A DNA stretch of 38,739 bases from a virus. Its lineage: Duplodnaviria > Caudoviricetes. The notes beneath the pieces were generated by a model, which was given only the letters and a program-made list of their open reading frames with translations, ran no database searches and was not told the origin of the DNA. Location of the stretch: positions 1-38,739 of the IMG/VR virus record IMGVR_UViG_3300022217_000059. The stretch is one strand, 5' to 3'. Shown piece by piece: positions 16,267-24,730 of this stretch. Made by a program: the position numbers and the translations under genes. Position 1 is the stretch's first letter, and the number at the start of each line of letters is the position of its first letter.

Positions 16267-17015
16267 GGCAGAACTGCTGGATGTGTCCAGTTAAGGGGAG
16301 TACCCCAGATACTGGAGGACACCTATACATAAATACAGTTAAGAATGTATACCACTGTAAGCGGTGTGATGCTAGAGGTGTATGGGAGCCAGGTGCGTTC
16401 CCTGTTGAACAGTGGGTTAGGACAAAGACTGATTATAGTTTTGTTGATTTGTACAGATGGGATAAGAAGACTCCTTACTTAAAAGGTAATACATACCATA
16501 ATAAAGTAAAAGAGTATACCCTCGCTAGATTACCAGAAGAAATAGTATTAGAGAGAACTAAGTGGAGTCCACAAATAGTTAATAGAGTATTCTTCCCAGT
16601 GTATAGTGAAGGTAAGGTAGCTATGTGGCAAGGAAGGAGTATAGATGACAGTAAACCTAGATACTTATCTCACGGTAACGTATCACACTATCTTTACAAC
16701 CTTGAGTATACTACTGATGACTGGTGTACTCTCTGTGAAGGGCCATTTGATGCACTTGCTAGTCCTAATGGTGTCGCTCTATTTGGGAAGAGCATTTCGG
16801 AAGTGCAGAGCATGATACTCACCTCCAAGTTCAAGACTATATACTGGGCATTGGATGGTGATACTAGTAAACAGAAACGGGTGGCTGAACAGAAGCATAA
16901 TATCAAGCAGTTTGTAAAGGTTATTGATGTACCTATGGGTGTTGATGAAGACCCCTCCTCAATAGGAATGGAAGGAATGAAGGAGAAAATATGGCAACTC
17001 TCGCAACCGACATGA
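16257..17015 (+). CDS. DNA primase (Zn finger + TOPRIM)
   Basis: CWMC...YHCKRC, WQGR, CEGPFDA, ALDGD, EDPS. Confidence 0.9.
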   Translation: MEIRQNCWMCPVKGSTPDTGGHLYINTVKNVYHCKRCDARGVWEPGAFPVEQWVRTKTDYSFVDLYRWDKKTPYLKGNTYHNKVKEYTLARLPEEIVLERTKWSPQIVNRVFFPVYSEGKVAMWQGRSIDDSKPRYLSHGNVSHYLYNLEYTTDDWCTLCEGPFDALASPNGVALFGKSISEVQSMILTSKFKTIYWALDGDTSKQKRVAEQKHNIKQFVKVIDVPMGVDEDPSSIGMEGMKEKIWQLSQPT

Positions 17016-17212
17016 CTCCTTATGAAGAGGAGATAGTAGAGAAGATACTACTAGAATTTGATAAGCACGAGTTGCGTACAGTAGAGATATGGACTGATAT
17101 GGTGGTAGATGAGACTATGGTCACTGTCACCTATCAGCCAGGGGAAGGGATAGAGGTAAACCGCAGGAATTATATTTATAAAGAGGAGAAGTTATGTCCG
17201 ATAGATTCATAA
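16991..17212 (+). CDS. acidic hypothetical protein
   Basis: AAGGAG SD; overlaps both neighbours. Confidence 0.65.
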   Translation: MATLATDMTPYEEEIVEKILLEFDKHELRTVEIWTDMVVDETMVTVTYQPGEGIEVNRRNYIYKEEKLCPIDS

Positions 17213-17970
17213 AGATACATGATAATATAGATAAGATACTTACTAGGTCTGGTGGACTTCCTCGTGGTCACTTGATTGAATTCTATGGGCCAGACGGGGA
17301 AGGCAAGTCCACCTTTGCATTACTGTGCATCGCTGCTGCACAAGCACAAGGTATTCAGTGTGGGTTGGTGGACGTGGAGGACTCCTTCGTACCAGAGTAT
17401 GCAGAACACTACGGTGTATGCGTGGAGAAACTTGAACATTATATACCAGATAGTGGAGAGGAGGCATTGAACCGTGCTATTAAGATGTGTGAGGAAGGTT
17501 ATGGGTTGGTGGTTATTGATAGTGTGGCAGGTCTTGTACCGGAGTCTTCAGTTGGGGAAGAGGTGGAAACTGGTGGACAATACGCCCCAATCGCTTCCCT
17601 TCTATCCAGAGCGTTACCTAAACTTAGGAGACAAGCACGGCTTGGGAACACCTGTGTTCTACTACTCAACCAAGTTAGAGCAAATATACAAAGGTTCGGA
17701 ATGGGGCCAGCTACAACAAGTTCTAGTGGTTACGCCCTTAAGCACTTCACAAGTGCAAGATTTGAGATTAGGAAAATCAGTTGGATTAAACAGGGCACTG
17801 AAGTAATAGGTTATAATATAAAGATACGTGCACCTAAGAAGAATAGACTGGCAGTACCTAATAGAGATGGTACATTAGAGATAATATGTGATATGGATGC
17901 CCCTCCTTTGGAGGAGATTAATAAGCGTAAGCAAAAGAAGATAGAACCCATTACATTTAAGGAGGAGTGA
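17194..17970 (+). CDS. recA: RecA-like recombinase (short; lacks the canonical N- and C-terminal domains)
   Basis: GGLPRG..IEFYGPDGEGKST, VDVE, VVIDSVAGL, LNQVR, GYALKH, KNR. Confidence 0.9.
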   Translation: MSDRFIKIHDNIDKILTRSGGLPRGHLIEFYGPDGEGKSTFALLCIAAAQAQGIQCGLVDVEDSFVPEYAEHYGVCVEKLEHYIPDSGEEALNRAIKMCEEGYGLVVIDSVAGLVPESSVGEEVETGGQYAPIASLLSRALPKLRRQARLGNTCVLLLNQVRANIQRFGMGPATTSSSGYALKHFTSARFEIRKISWIKQGTEVIGYNIKIRAPKKNRLAVPNRDGTLEIICDMDAPPLEEINKRKQKKIEPITFKEE

Positions 17971-18161
17971 TGCGGTGTGTATGTGGGGTAACACTTAGAG
18001 ACTATGAAGATGAGTACTGTGGTCAATGCCGCAGGTCTATAAGAACGACTCTAAAAGAGATACTGGAGGGGACTAATGGAGAGGACGAACGAAGAAGCCA
18101 CACCACCTATATTAAAGGACAAGAGGAAGATGGGCAAGGCAGCGAAGAGGAAGGGAAGTAG
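17967..18161 (+). CDS. small Zn-finger protein
   Basis: CVCG...YCGQC. Confidence 0.55.
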   Translation: MMRCVCGVTLRDYEDEYCGQCRRSIRTTLKEILEGTNGEDERRSHTTYIKGQEEDGQGSEEEGK

Positions 18162-18564
18162 GTATGAGCTTAAGGTCGCTAAGACGCTTACTAAACACAC
18201 TAATTTTACATGGAGGCGGACTCCTTATAGCGGAGCTGGTCATATTGCTGGTGATGTGTTTGCTACTGACTTTGAATTTCCTTGGGTTGTAGAGCTGAAA
18301 GATAGGAAGGATACATCATTACTTAAAGTATTTAAGAATCCTGAGTGTATTGCTAAGTGGTTGGAGGATAAGACTATACTTGTCTTTAATGATGGAGGTA
18401 CTGATGTGGTGGTGGCCCCGTGCGAATACCCAACTAATTGTAGACCTAACTTCGGAGCCTACTTAAAGAATAGTAAGGGCGAGTTTATTATGTTTACAAT
18501 GAAGTTATTTTGTGATACAATAAATAGGGAGTATGGGGATGAACGGACAGAAGGTACGACATAG
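18130..18564 (+). CDS. Holliday junction resolvase (PD-(D/E)xK type)
   Basis: KRKGSRYELKVA, RTPYSGA, GDV, VELK. Confidence 0.8.
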   Translation: MGKAAKRKGSRYELKVAKTLTKHTNFTWRRTPYSGAGHIAGDVFATDFEFPWVVELKDRKDTSLLKVFKNPECIAKWLEDKTILVFNDGGTDVVVAPCEYPTNCRPNFGAYLKNSKGEFIMFTMKLFCDTINREYGDERTEGTT

Positions 18565-18766
18565 TATATTAGAAGCCGTATTCAATATAATAGTCGGTAT
18601 GGGTATAAATATGATAGCACAGCTAATTATATTCCCAGCTTATGGTATACGTATAAGCTTAGAAACTAATGTGTATATTGTGTGTTGGTTTACTGCCGTA
18701 TCTCTAGCAAGAAGCTTTGTATTGAGGAGAGCGTTTAACTGGTACACTGTAAGACAGGAGGAATGA
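18533..18766 (+). CDS. two-TM phage membrane protein
   Basis: Q..RHSILEAVFN.IVG...SLARSFVLRRAFN pattern. Confidence 0.75.
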   Translation: MGMNGQKVRHSILEAVFNIIVGMGINMIAQLIIFPAYGIRISLETNVYIVCWFTAVSLARSFVLRRAFNWYTVRQEE

Positions 18767-19041
18767 TGGGCGAGTTAGAACCATGTGAAAAATGTGGCGG
18801 GTATGGAGTAGTGGAAAAAACTACTCCACTAGTTACTTGTCAAAGTTGTAAGCGGACTTTTGATACCCCTCAAGGACTAGGCCAACACTTTCGTTATGGG
18901 TGTAAAGTAAGGAAAGCAAAGTGTTCGCACAACTGGAAGTATGAAAAGAAGGCTCAAAAATGTTTACACGAGACAAAGTTTGGTGCCCCTAGATATGAGA
19001 TATGCACTAAATGCAAGGACAAGAGACTTGTGCCTTGCTAG
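18763..19041 (+). CDS. multi-Zn-finger small protein
   Basis: CEKCGG, CQSCKRTFDTPQGLGQHFRYGC, CSH...CTKC. Confidence 0.7.
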   Translation: MMGELEPCEKCGGYGVVEKTTPLVTCQSCKRTFDTPQGLGQHFRYGCKVRKAKCSHNWKYEKKAQKCLHETKFGAPRYEICTKCKDKRLVPC

Positions 19042-19059
19042 CATCCAAAGGAGGAAGAA

Positions 19060-19239
19060 ATGAGTGAAGAGAAGTGTGAAAGTTGTGGTCATGATATGAA
19101 GCATCATACTACAAGTGGGTGTATTGGTTCGTTCCCTAATGGCGTTAAAGGATACTCTGAGGATGAAGTATTCTACGGTGAATGTCATTGTTACATACAT
19201 CTTGAAAGGCTAAGAAAGGAAGCTAGGAATGAAGTTTAA
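19060..19239 (+). CDS. 59-aa Cys/His miniprotein (not in ORF track)
   Basis: AAGGAGG SD; CESCGH...H....C...CHC. Confidence 0.7.
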   Translation: MSEEKCESCGHDMKHHTTSGCIGSFPNGVKGYSEDEVFYGECHCYIHLERLRKEARNEV

Positions 19240-21109
19240 GACACCGTATCAGGAGTTTATCTATACTAGGACTTATAGTAGGTTTGACTGGGAGAAGGGT
19301 AGGCGTGAATACTTCCCCGAGTCTGTAGAGAGATATTTTAAGTTTATGATGGAGCGTGTACCTAAGAGTAGACATGACCTGTTCTTAGAGACTAAGGATG
19401 ATATGCTAGGGTTGGAAGCTATGCCTAGTATGAGGGCACTATGGAGTGCTGGCCCTGCATTGGAGCGTGAGAATATAGCTGGCTATAACTGTGCTGCCAC
19501 TGTAATAGATAATATAGAATCCTTCCATGAGATTATGTATATACTATTGTGTGGTGGTGGTGTCGGGTATAGTGTAGAGAGGAAGTTTGTTGAGCAGTTA
19601 CCTAAAGTGCCAGAGGTAATAAAGAGAGAAGAGTTTGGTTTGATATTTGAAGATTCTAAAGAAGGTTGGGCAGGAGGGTTCAACACTTACTTGAAGAGTC
19701 TCTTTGTAGGAAGTGAGTTAATATATGACTTATCCAAGATACGACCTGAAGGAGCAGTACTGCGTACATTCGGTGGGCGTGCATCAGGACCAGAACCACT
19801 TAGGTTGTTACTTGAGTTTACTAAAGCTACTATCCTCAACGCAAGAGGAAGAAAGCTAACACCTATAGAATGCCATGATATCTGTTGTTACATAGGTAAT
19901 GTGGTAGTATCTGGTGGGGTTAGAAGGAGTGCGTTGTTATCTCTGTCGAATCTAACAGACTTGCAAATGAGGAGGGCAAAGGAGGGTAATTTCTATGACA
20001 CACATCCCTATAGAGCTATGGCTAATAATAGCGTGTGTTATACTAGACAACCAGACATGCGTACCTTCCTTGAGGAATGGTTGGAGCTTATGGCTTCTGG
20101 CTCTGGGGAGCGTGGTATCTTTAACCGTGAGGCTTGCAACAATCTCTTAGGTGATAGCAGGAGGACGCCTCACGAGGATTTTGTATGTAACCCGTGTAGT
20201 GAAATAATACTTAGACCCAAGCAGTTCTGTAACCTCTCTGAGGTGGTTGTAAGGAAAACTGATACCTTGAGTCGTATCTGTGATAAAGTACGCTCAGCGA
20301 CGATTCTGGGGACAATACAGGGTACTCTCACAGACTTTGGTGTGATAGGGAGTGAGTGGAAAGCTAACTGTGATGAAGAGAGATTGCTTGGCGTGTCCCT
20401 GACTGGTATCTACGACCATCCTATTCTCTCTGGGAACAAAGGGTTCGACAGGCTGGAGGACTGGTTGAACACTATGAAGCTAGTAGCACAGAAGACTAAT
20501 AAGAAGTGGGCCAAGTATCTAGGTGTACCTCAGTCCGCAGCTATTACATGTGTTAAGCCATCGGGCACTGTGTCTCAGCTTGTGAACTCAGCCTCGGGGA
20601 TACATCCTAGATACTCCCGCTTCTATCTCAGACGTGTGGAAGTATCACCTACTGACCCTCTTGCTAAGATGATGATAGAGCAGGGAGTACCACACTTCTT
20701 TGATGGTGAGACTAAGGTTAAGTTTGAGTTCCCTACAAAAGGGCCAGCAGGTACTACAGAGAGACATGAGGTATCTGCACTAGACCAGTTGAACTTATGG
20801 AAGCAGTATCAATCTCACTGGTGTGAGCATAAACCTTCAATGACTGTGTATGTTAGAGATAATGAATGGTTGGAGACTGGTGCGTGGGTGTATAAGAACT
20901 GGAATAGTGTTAGCGGTATCTCGTTCTTGCCTTATGATGCTGGTGTGTATGTTAAACCTCCTTATGAGGAGATAGATGAGTCTACTTATAGAGCATTAAA
21001 CAGCAAGTTCCCCAAGATAGACTTCACTATGTTACCAGAGTACGAGAGTGAGGACTATACTGAGGGAAGCAGAGAGATAGCATGTCAAGGAGGTGCTTGT
21101 GAAGTATGA
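19229..21109 (+). CDS. nrdJ: class II (adenosylcobalamin-dependent) ribonucleotide reductase, monomeric RTPR type
   Basis: RTYSR, PSMRALW, YNC, GGVRRSA, NPCSEI, FCNLSE, TCVKPSGT, C-terminal ACQGGACEV; no beta subunit nearby. Confidence 0.93.
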   Translation: MKFKTPYQEFIYTRTYSRFDWEKGRREYFPESVERYFKFMMERVPKSRHDLFLETKDDMLGLEAMPSMRALWSAGPALERENIAGYNCAATVIDNIESFHEIMYILLCGGGVGYSVERKFVEQLPKVPEVIKREEFGLIFEDSKEGWAGGFNTYLKSLFVGSELIYDLSKIRPEGAVLRTFGGRASGPEPLRLLLEFTKATILNARGRKLTPIECHDICCYIGNVVVSGGVRRSALLSLSNLTDLQMRRAKEGNFYDTHPYRAMANNSVCYTRQPDMRTFLEEWLELMASGSGERGIFNREACNNLLGDSRRTPHEDFVCNPCSEIILRPKQFCNLSEVVVRKTDTLSRICDKVRSATILGTIQGTLTDFGVIGSEWKANCDEERLLGVSLTGIYDHPILSGNKGFDRLEDWLNTMKLVAQKTNKKWAKYLGVPQSAAITCVKPSGTVSQLVNSASGIHPRYSRFYLRRVEVSPTDPLAKMMIEQGVPHFFDGETKVKFEFPTKGPAGTTERHEVSALDQLNLWKQYQSHWCEHKPSMTVYVRDNEWLETGAWVYKNWNSVSGISFLPYDAGVYVKPPYEEIDESTYRALNSKFPKIDFTMLPEYESEDYTEGSREIACQGGACEV

Positions 21110-21321
21110 TTAAAGTAGAGTGTGATAATGGTGTAATATGTCTGATACCTGCGGATGTGTACTCTGAGTGGTGTCAGGCACAGAGGGTAAACGACGGAGG
21201 AACAATTAAAAGTAGATTGGAGGAGTTCTTCTATTATGAGAGGAAAGAAGGTAGGAGAAACAATGTGAATCCCAAAGTAGAAACAAACTACTCAATAAAA
21301 ACAACTAGAAGAGGAGGATAA
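21106..21321 (+). CDS. hypothetical protein
   Basis: ATGA coupling. Confidence 0.6.
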   Translation: MIKVECDNGVICLIPADVYSEWCQAQRVNDGGTIKSRLEEFFYYERKEGRRNNVNPKVETNYSIKTTRRGG

Positions 21322-21322
21322 C

Positions 21323-21508
21323 ATGGCGGAAGATAAGACGACGGAAGAGACACAGGAAGAGGAACAGCATTTCACGCCGGAGCAGACTGAGATATTACTC
21401 GGCCACCTTAATGAACTATATGCTAGGACTGAGTTTCTAAAACAGCAGATAGAGGAACTACAGGGTGGCGGTACTGATAAGGAGGAATCAACTATAGTGG
21501 GGTGTTAA
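21323..21508 (+). CDS. acidic coiled-coil small protein
   Basis: GAGGAGG SD. Confidence 0.7.
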   Translation: MAEDKTTEETQEEEQHFTPEQTEILLGHLNELYARTEFLKQQIEELQGGGTDKEESTIVGC

Positions 21509-23059
21509 ATGGGAATACTACAGCATAAGGAGTGGCTGGAAACTACTCCTCTAGTCGTACATAACGCTAAGTTTGAACACAGTTGGATGTTAAGTAGAGG
21601 TATCAATGCTAATATAGTTGATGATACCCAGTTAATGGCATACGTATACGACCAAAGACTACCCCTTAACCTAGAATCATTAGTACTAAAGTTTGGTATA
21701 GATAAACCTTTTAAGTTTGAACATGGGGATGCAGTAAAGGAGCTTGAAGGAGATAGGTTAAGGGAGAGGAATGCAGCAGATGCTCGTAATACAATAGAGC
21801 TGCGAGATGCTATTGTGTCTAGGCTTACTGAGGAGGAGGAGAAAGTATATAGAGGTGTCCTCCTGCCAGCCTCCAAGAGCATTGCTCGTATAGAACTAGA
21901 AGGGATAGGATGTGATGAAGAAGAAGTCAGGAACGTGGTCAAAGAACTCGAAGAGAAGCTGGTTGAAATACAAATCGGGCAGGATGAAGAAGTTAAAATC
22001 TTATCTGAAGCCTTGGGGAAGGACTTTAACCCTGACAGCAGCGTTCATTGTGGTATGCTTGTCTATGATATACTTGGGTACGAAGCTATCGACTACCCAC
22101 AAGCTCTCACTGCCAGTGGGAACCCAAGTAGTGGAAGAAAAGTGCTCGACAAACTCTTACTCAAGAAAGATAGTGCTACTCTACGAAAACTAATAGAATA
22201 CAAAGTACTGAAAGGAGCTAGAGATTATTATAATGCGTTACTTGGCTATTGTGACGATTGTGGTAGGCATCATATTCTTGACAATGTTATCTATCCTAAT
22301 CTCCTAGTAGGAGTAGCAGCTACAGGTAGGATAAGTTCTAGCCACCCCAACTGTCAGAATAATCCTAAAGGGTGGACAAGGAGATGTTACATCTCTAAGT
22401 ATGGTGGTACTCTACTGGAGATGGACTATGACCAGATAGAACTACGTATCCTTGCTGGTATTAGTGGTGATGAGAAACTGTTGGATGACTTTGCTACTGG
22501 TAAGGACCCTCACTATGAGATGTACAAGGAAGCCTTTGGTACTGATACAGTGCCTGAAGGAGGTCGTGCGGTAGGTAAGATGTTGAACTTCGCTATACCC
22601 TTTGGTAGGGGTGCCGGCGGTATTGCATTTGAGACAGGTGCTGAGTTTAACGAAGCTAAAGCATGGAGGAATAGGTACTGGAAACAGCACAAGAAACTTA
22701 AAGACTACCTATATAATCTACCCAAGGAAGGATGGGTACACTCCCCAACAGGGATGAAGAGGTATGTCACTAAGTGGACACAGGCTAGGAATCATCCTAT
22801 TCAGAACAGTGCACTGGTAGCAATACTTATGGCTATTAACAACGTAATAGACCTAGCAGAGGAACAGGGCACTCCTATAGACCTGACTGTACATGACAGT
22901 ATAAGGTTTGATTGTAAACCAGAGAAGAAGAAAGGGTACAGAGAAGCTATTAAAGAGATGATGGAGTTTAAAGCTGGGGAGGCGTTTAGTTGGCTCCCCA
23001 TACCTTTGACAGTGTCTGGAGAGGAGGGAATAAATTGGGCAGAGATGAAGGACATTTAA
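21509..23059 (+). CDS. polA: family A DNA polymerase lacking the ExoI motif
   Basis: HNAKFE, DDTQLMAY, TGRISSSHPNCQN, motif A DYDQIELR, motif B KMLNFAIPFG, NHPIQ, motif C VHDS. Confidence 0.93.
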   Translation: MGILQHKEWLETTPLVVHNAKFEHSWMLSRGINANIVDDTQLMAYVYDQRLPLNLESLVLKFGIDKPFKFEHGDAVKELEGDRLRERNAADARNTIELRDAIVSRLTEEEEKVYRGVLLPASKSIARIELEGIGCDEEEVRNVVKELEEKLVEIQIGQDEEVKILSEALGKDFNPDSSVHCGMLVYDILGYEAIDYPQALTASGNPSSGRKVLDKLLLKKDSATLRKLIEYKVLKGARDYYNALLGYCDDCGRHHILDNVIYPNLLVGVAATGRISSSHPNCQNNPKGWTRRCYISKYGGTLLEMDYDQIELRILAGISGDEKLLDDFATGKDPHYEMYKEAFGTDTVPEGGRAVGKMLNFAIPFGRGAGGIAFETGAEFNEAKAWRNRYWKQHKKLKDYLYNLPKEGWVHSPTGMKRYVTKWTQARNHPIQNSALVAILMAINNVIDLAEEQGTPIDLTVHDSIRFDCKPEKKKGYREAIKEMMEFKAGEAFSWLPIPLTVSGEEGINWAEMKDI

Positions 23060-23070
23060 AATGTGAGAGT

Positions 23071-23232
23071 ATGTGTAGTATGTTCAACGCTTGTAAAGGT
23101 AAAATAGTAAAGGTGTATACTATAGACACGAAAGGAGAGAGAAGTGGTCCTTGGAAATACTGTGAGGAAGCTGTTAAATCAGATGAGTATAATGGAATCC
23201 AAGTAGTGGAGGTGATAGATGGAGGTGAATAG
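23071..23232 (+). CDS. small hypothetical protein
   Basis: fills the gap between PolA and the nuclease; start uncertain. Confidence 0.5.
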   Translation: MCSMFNACKGKIVKVYTIDTKGERSGPWKYCEEAVKSDEYNGIQVVEVIDGGE

Positions 23233-23851
23233 TACTAAGCTAGGAAGGGAATATGTAATCGATGGGAAGATATACTACTCAGTAACTACCCCGTTGAAAG
23301 TAATATCCTTCCCGCACCTAGAGGTATGGAGAGCTAGAGTAGGGAAAGGAGCAGCGAATAAGATAGCTAAGAAGGCTAGTAACTATGGCACTAAGATACA
23401 CGGTTACTGCGAGGACATCCTTAATGGCAATGAGCCAAACTATAGTAGCATACCTAGGAAGTATCACCCTGATGTTATAGCTTTTAAGGAGTGGGCTGAT
23501 GAGAATGTGACTAAGATAGAGGCTATAGAGGAAGTAGTAATCAATAAGGAAATACCTGTTGCTGGTAGGGTAGACTTTATTGGTACTATTAAAGGTTATC
23601 GTGGTACGTCTGTGTGTGATATAAAGACAGGCAGAACCCGTGCAGAGCACTGGTTGCAGTTAGCCGCTTACCGTGAGAGCTATGGTAAAGGAAGCCGGAG
23701 ACTAATCATCTCCATTAAGAATGGCAAGGTTAGGGTGATACCCTACAAACGTGGAGCTACAGACGACAAGAACATGAAACGTGACTGGGAGATTTATAAG
23801 CACGTGTTCAAGTTGTTCTTGTGGATTAATAAACTATTGAAGGAGGGGTAA
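23219..23851 (+). CDS. PD-(D/E)xK exonuclease (Cas4/RecB-like phage family)
   Basis: YYSVTT, GTKIH, AGRVD, DIKTG, QLAAY. Confidence 0.88.
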   Translation: MEVNSTKLGREYVIDGKIYYSVTTPLKVISFPHLEVWRARVGKGAANKIAKKASNYGTKIHGYCEDILNGNEPNYSSIPRKYHPDVIAFKEWADENVTKIEAIEEVVINKEIPVAGRVDFIGTIKGYRGTSVCDIKTGRTRAEHWLQLAAYRESYGKGSRRLIISIKNGKVRVIPYKRGATDDKNMKRDWEIYKHVFKLFLWINKLLKEG

Positions 23852-24042
23852 TGGATACACCTATTAAGGAACTGGTTAATGTTGTGTGTGAGAAGGAGAT
23901 GGTTGCTACTCAGCAGAAGAAGAATGCGAGATGGAATAGGTTGATAGATGAAGCGTTGAATGGTAGTTATCCTGCCAGAGAAGAGTTAGCTAAAGCTGGC
24001 TTTACATTCTTACTGAGAGATGGGAAGGAATTATATATATGA
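23851..24042 (+). CDS. hypothetical protein
   Basis: AAGGAGG SD; coupled at both ends. Confidence 0.65.
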   Translation: MDTPIKELVNVVCEKEMVATQQKKNARWNRLIDEALNGSYPAREELAKAGFTFLLRDGKELYI

Positions 24043-24695
24043 AGATAAGTGATATGACTAAGAAGGAGATTGTTAAACGGTCTCTGTGGAAGTGTAAACA
24101 CAAGCACACTGGGCTAGTACACCCTAAGTGCTACGAGAGACAAGATGGGTTTAGTGAGCGTGTGGGCTTCCTAGACATAGAAGCCACTAACCTCAATGCT
24201 AACTTTGGTATGACACTGTGTTACTGTATTAAATCTCTTGATGGAGAGATTATATCCAACACAGTTACCCCTAAGGAAGTTAAGTCTCATAGTTTTGATA
24301 AGAGGCTTATGGGAGATTGTATTGAGGATATGAGAAGGTTTGATAGACTGGTTACATGGTATGGCTCTGGCTTTGATATGCCATTCCTACGTGCTAGGGC
24401 TATGTATCATGGGTTAGACTTCCCTGAGAGAGAAGAGGTAATACACAATGATGCTTACATGATGGGAAGAGGTAAGCTTAAGATTCACTCAAAGAGGTTA
24501 CAGGTAGTAGCGGAATTCCTTGGCATAGAAGCTAAAGGGCATCCGCTAAACTACACTGTATGGATGGCAGCAATGACAGGGGATAAGAAAGCACTGGACT
24601 ACATCCTTACTCATTGCAAAGAGGATGTTGTTACAACTGAGGAGGTGTGGAAACGACTGACACCTTACTTAAGAATAACTAGGACCTCTATCTAA
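24039..24695 (+). CDS. stand-alone DEDD 3'-5' exonuclease (RNase H-like)
   Basis: FLDIEAT, TWYGSGFDMPFL, HCKEDV. Confidence 0.88.
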   Translation: MKISDMTKKEIVKRSLWKCKHKHTGLVHPKCYERQDGFSERVGFLDIEATNLNANFGMTLCYCIKSLDGEIISNTVTPKEVKSHSFDKRLMGDCIEDMRRFDRLVTWYGSGFDMPFLRARAMYHGLDFPEREEVIHNDAYMMGRGKLKIHSKRLQVVAEFLGIEAKGHPLNYTVWMAAMTGDKKALDYILTHCKEDVVTTEEVWKRLTPYLRITRTSI

Positions 24696-24698
24696 AAC

Positions 24699-24727
24699 TT
24701 GTGGGGTGTAAATCCCTGCCCCCACAA
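24699..24727. terminator. hairpin between the convergent genome arms
   Basis: TTGTGGGG...CCCCACAA in the 35-bp gap between convergent stops. Confidence 0.7.
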
Positions 24728-24730
24728 TAG

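Noticed and set aside
21554-21568. VVHN near the PolA N-terminus as a split-intein C-terminal motif
   Set aside because: It is followed by Ala, not Cys/Ser/Thr; HNAKF is the normal ExoII motif; the UDG half has no intein N-fragment.
21509-23059. DpoZ-type polymerase for a 2-aminoadenine genome
   Set aside because: No PurZ, DatZ or MazZ recognisable in the window; motif deviations alone are insufficient.
23219-23851. Nuclease as part of a CRISPR-Cas system
   Set aside because: No array or other cas genes and no Fe-S Cys set; it is a common phage replication/recombination nuclease.
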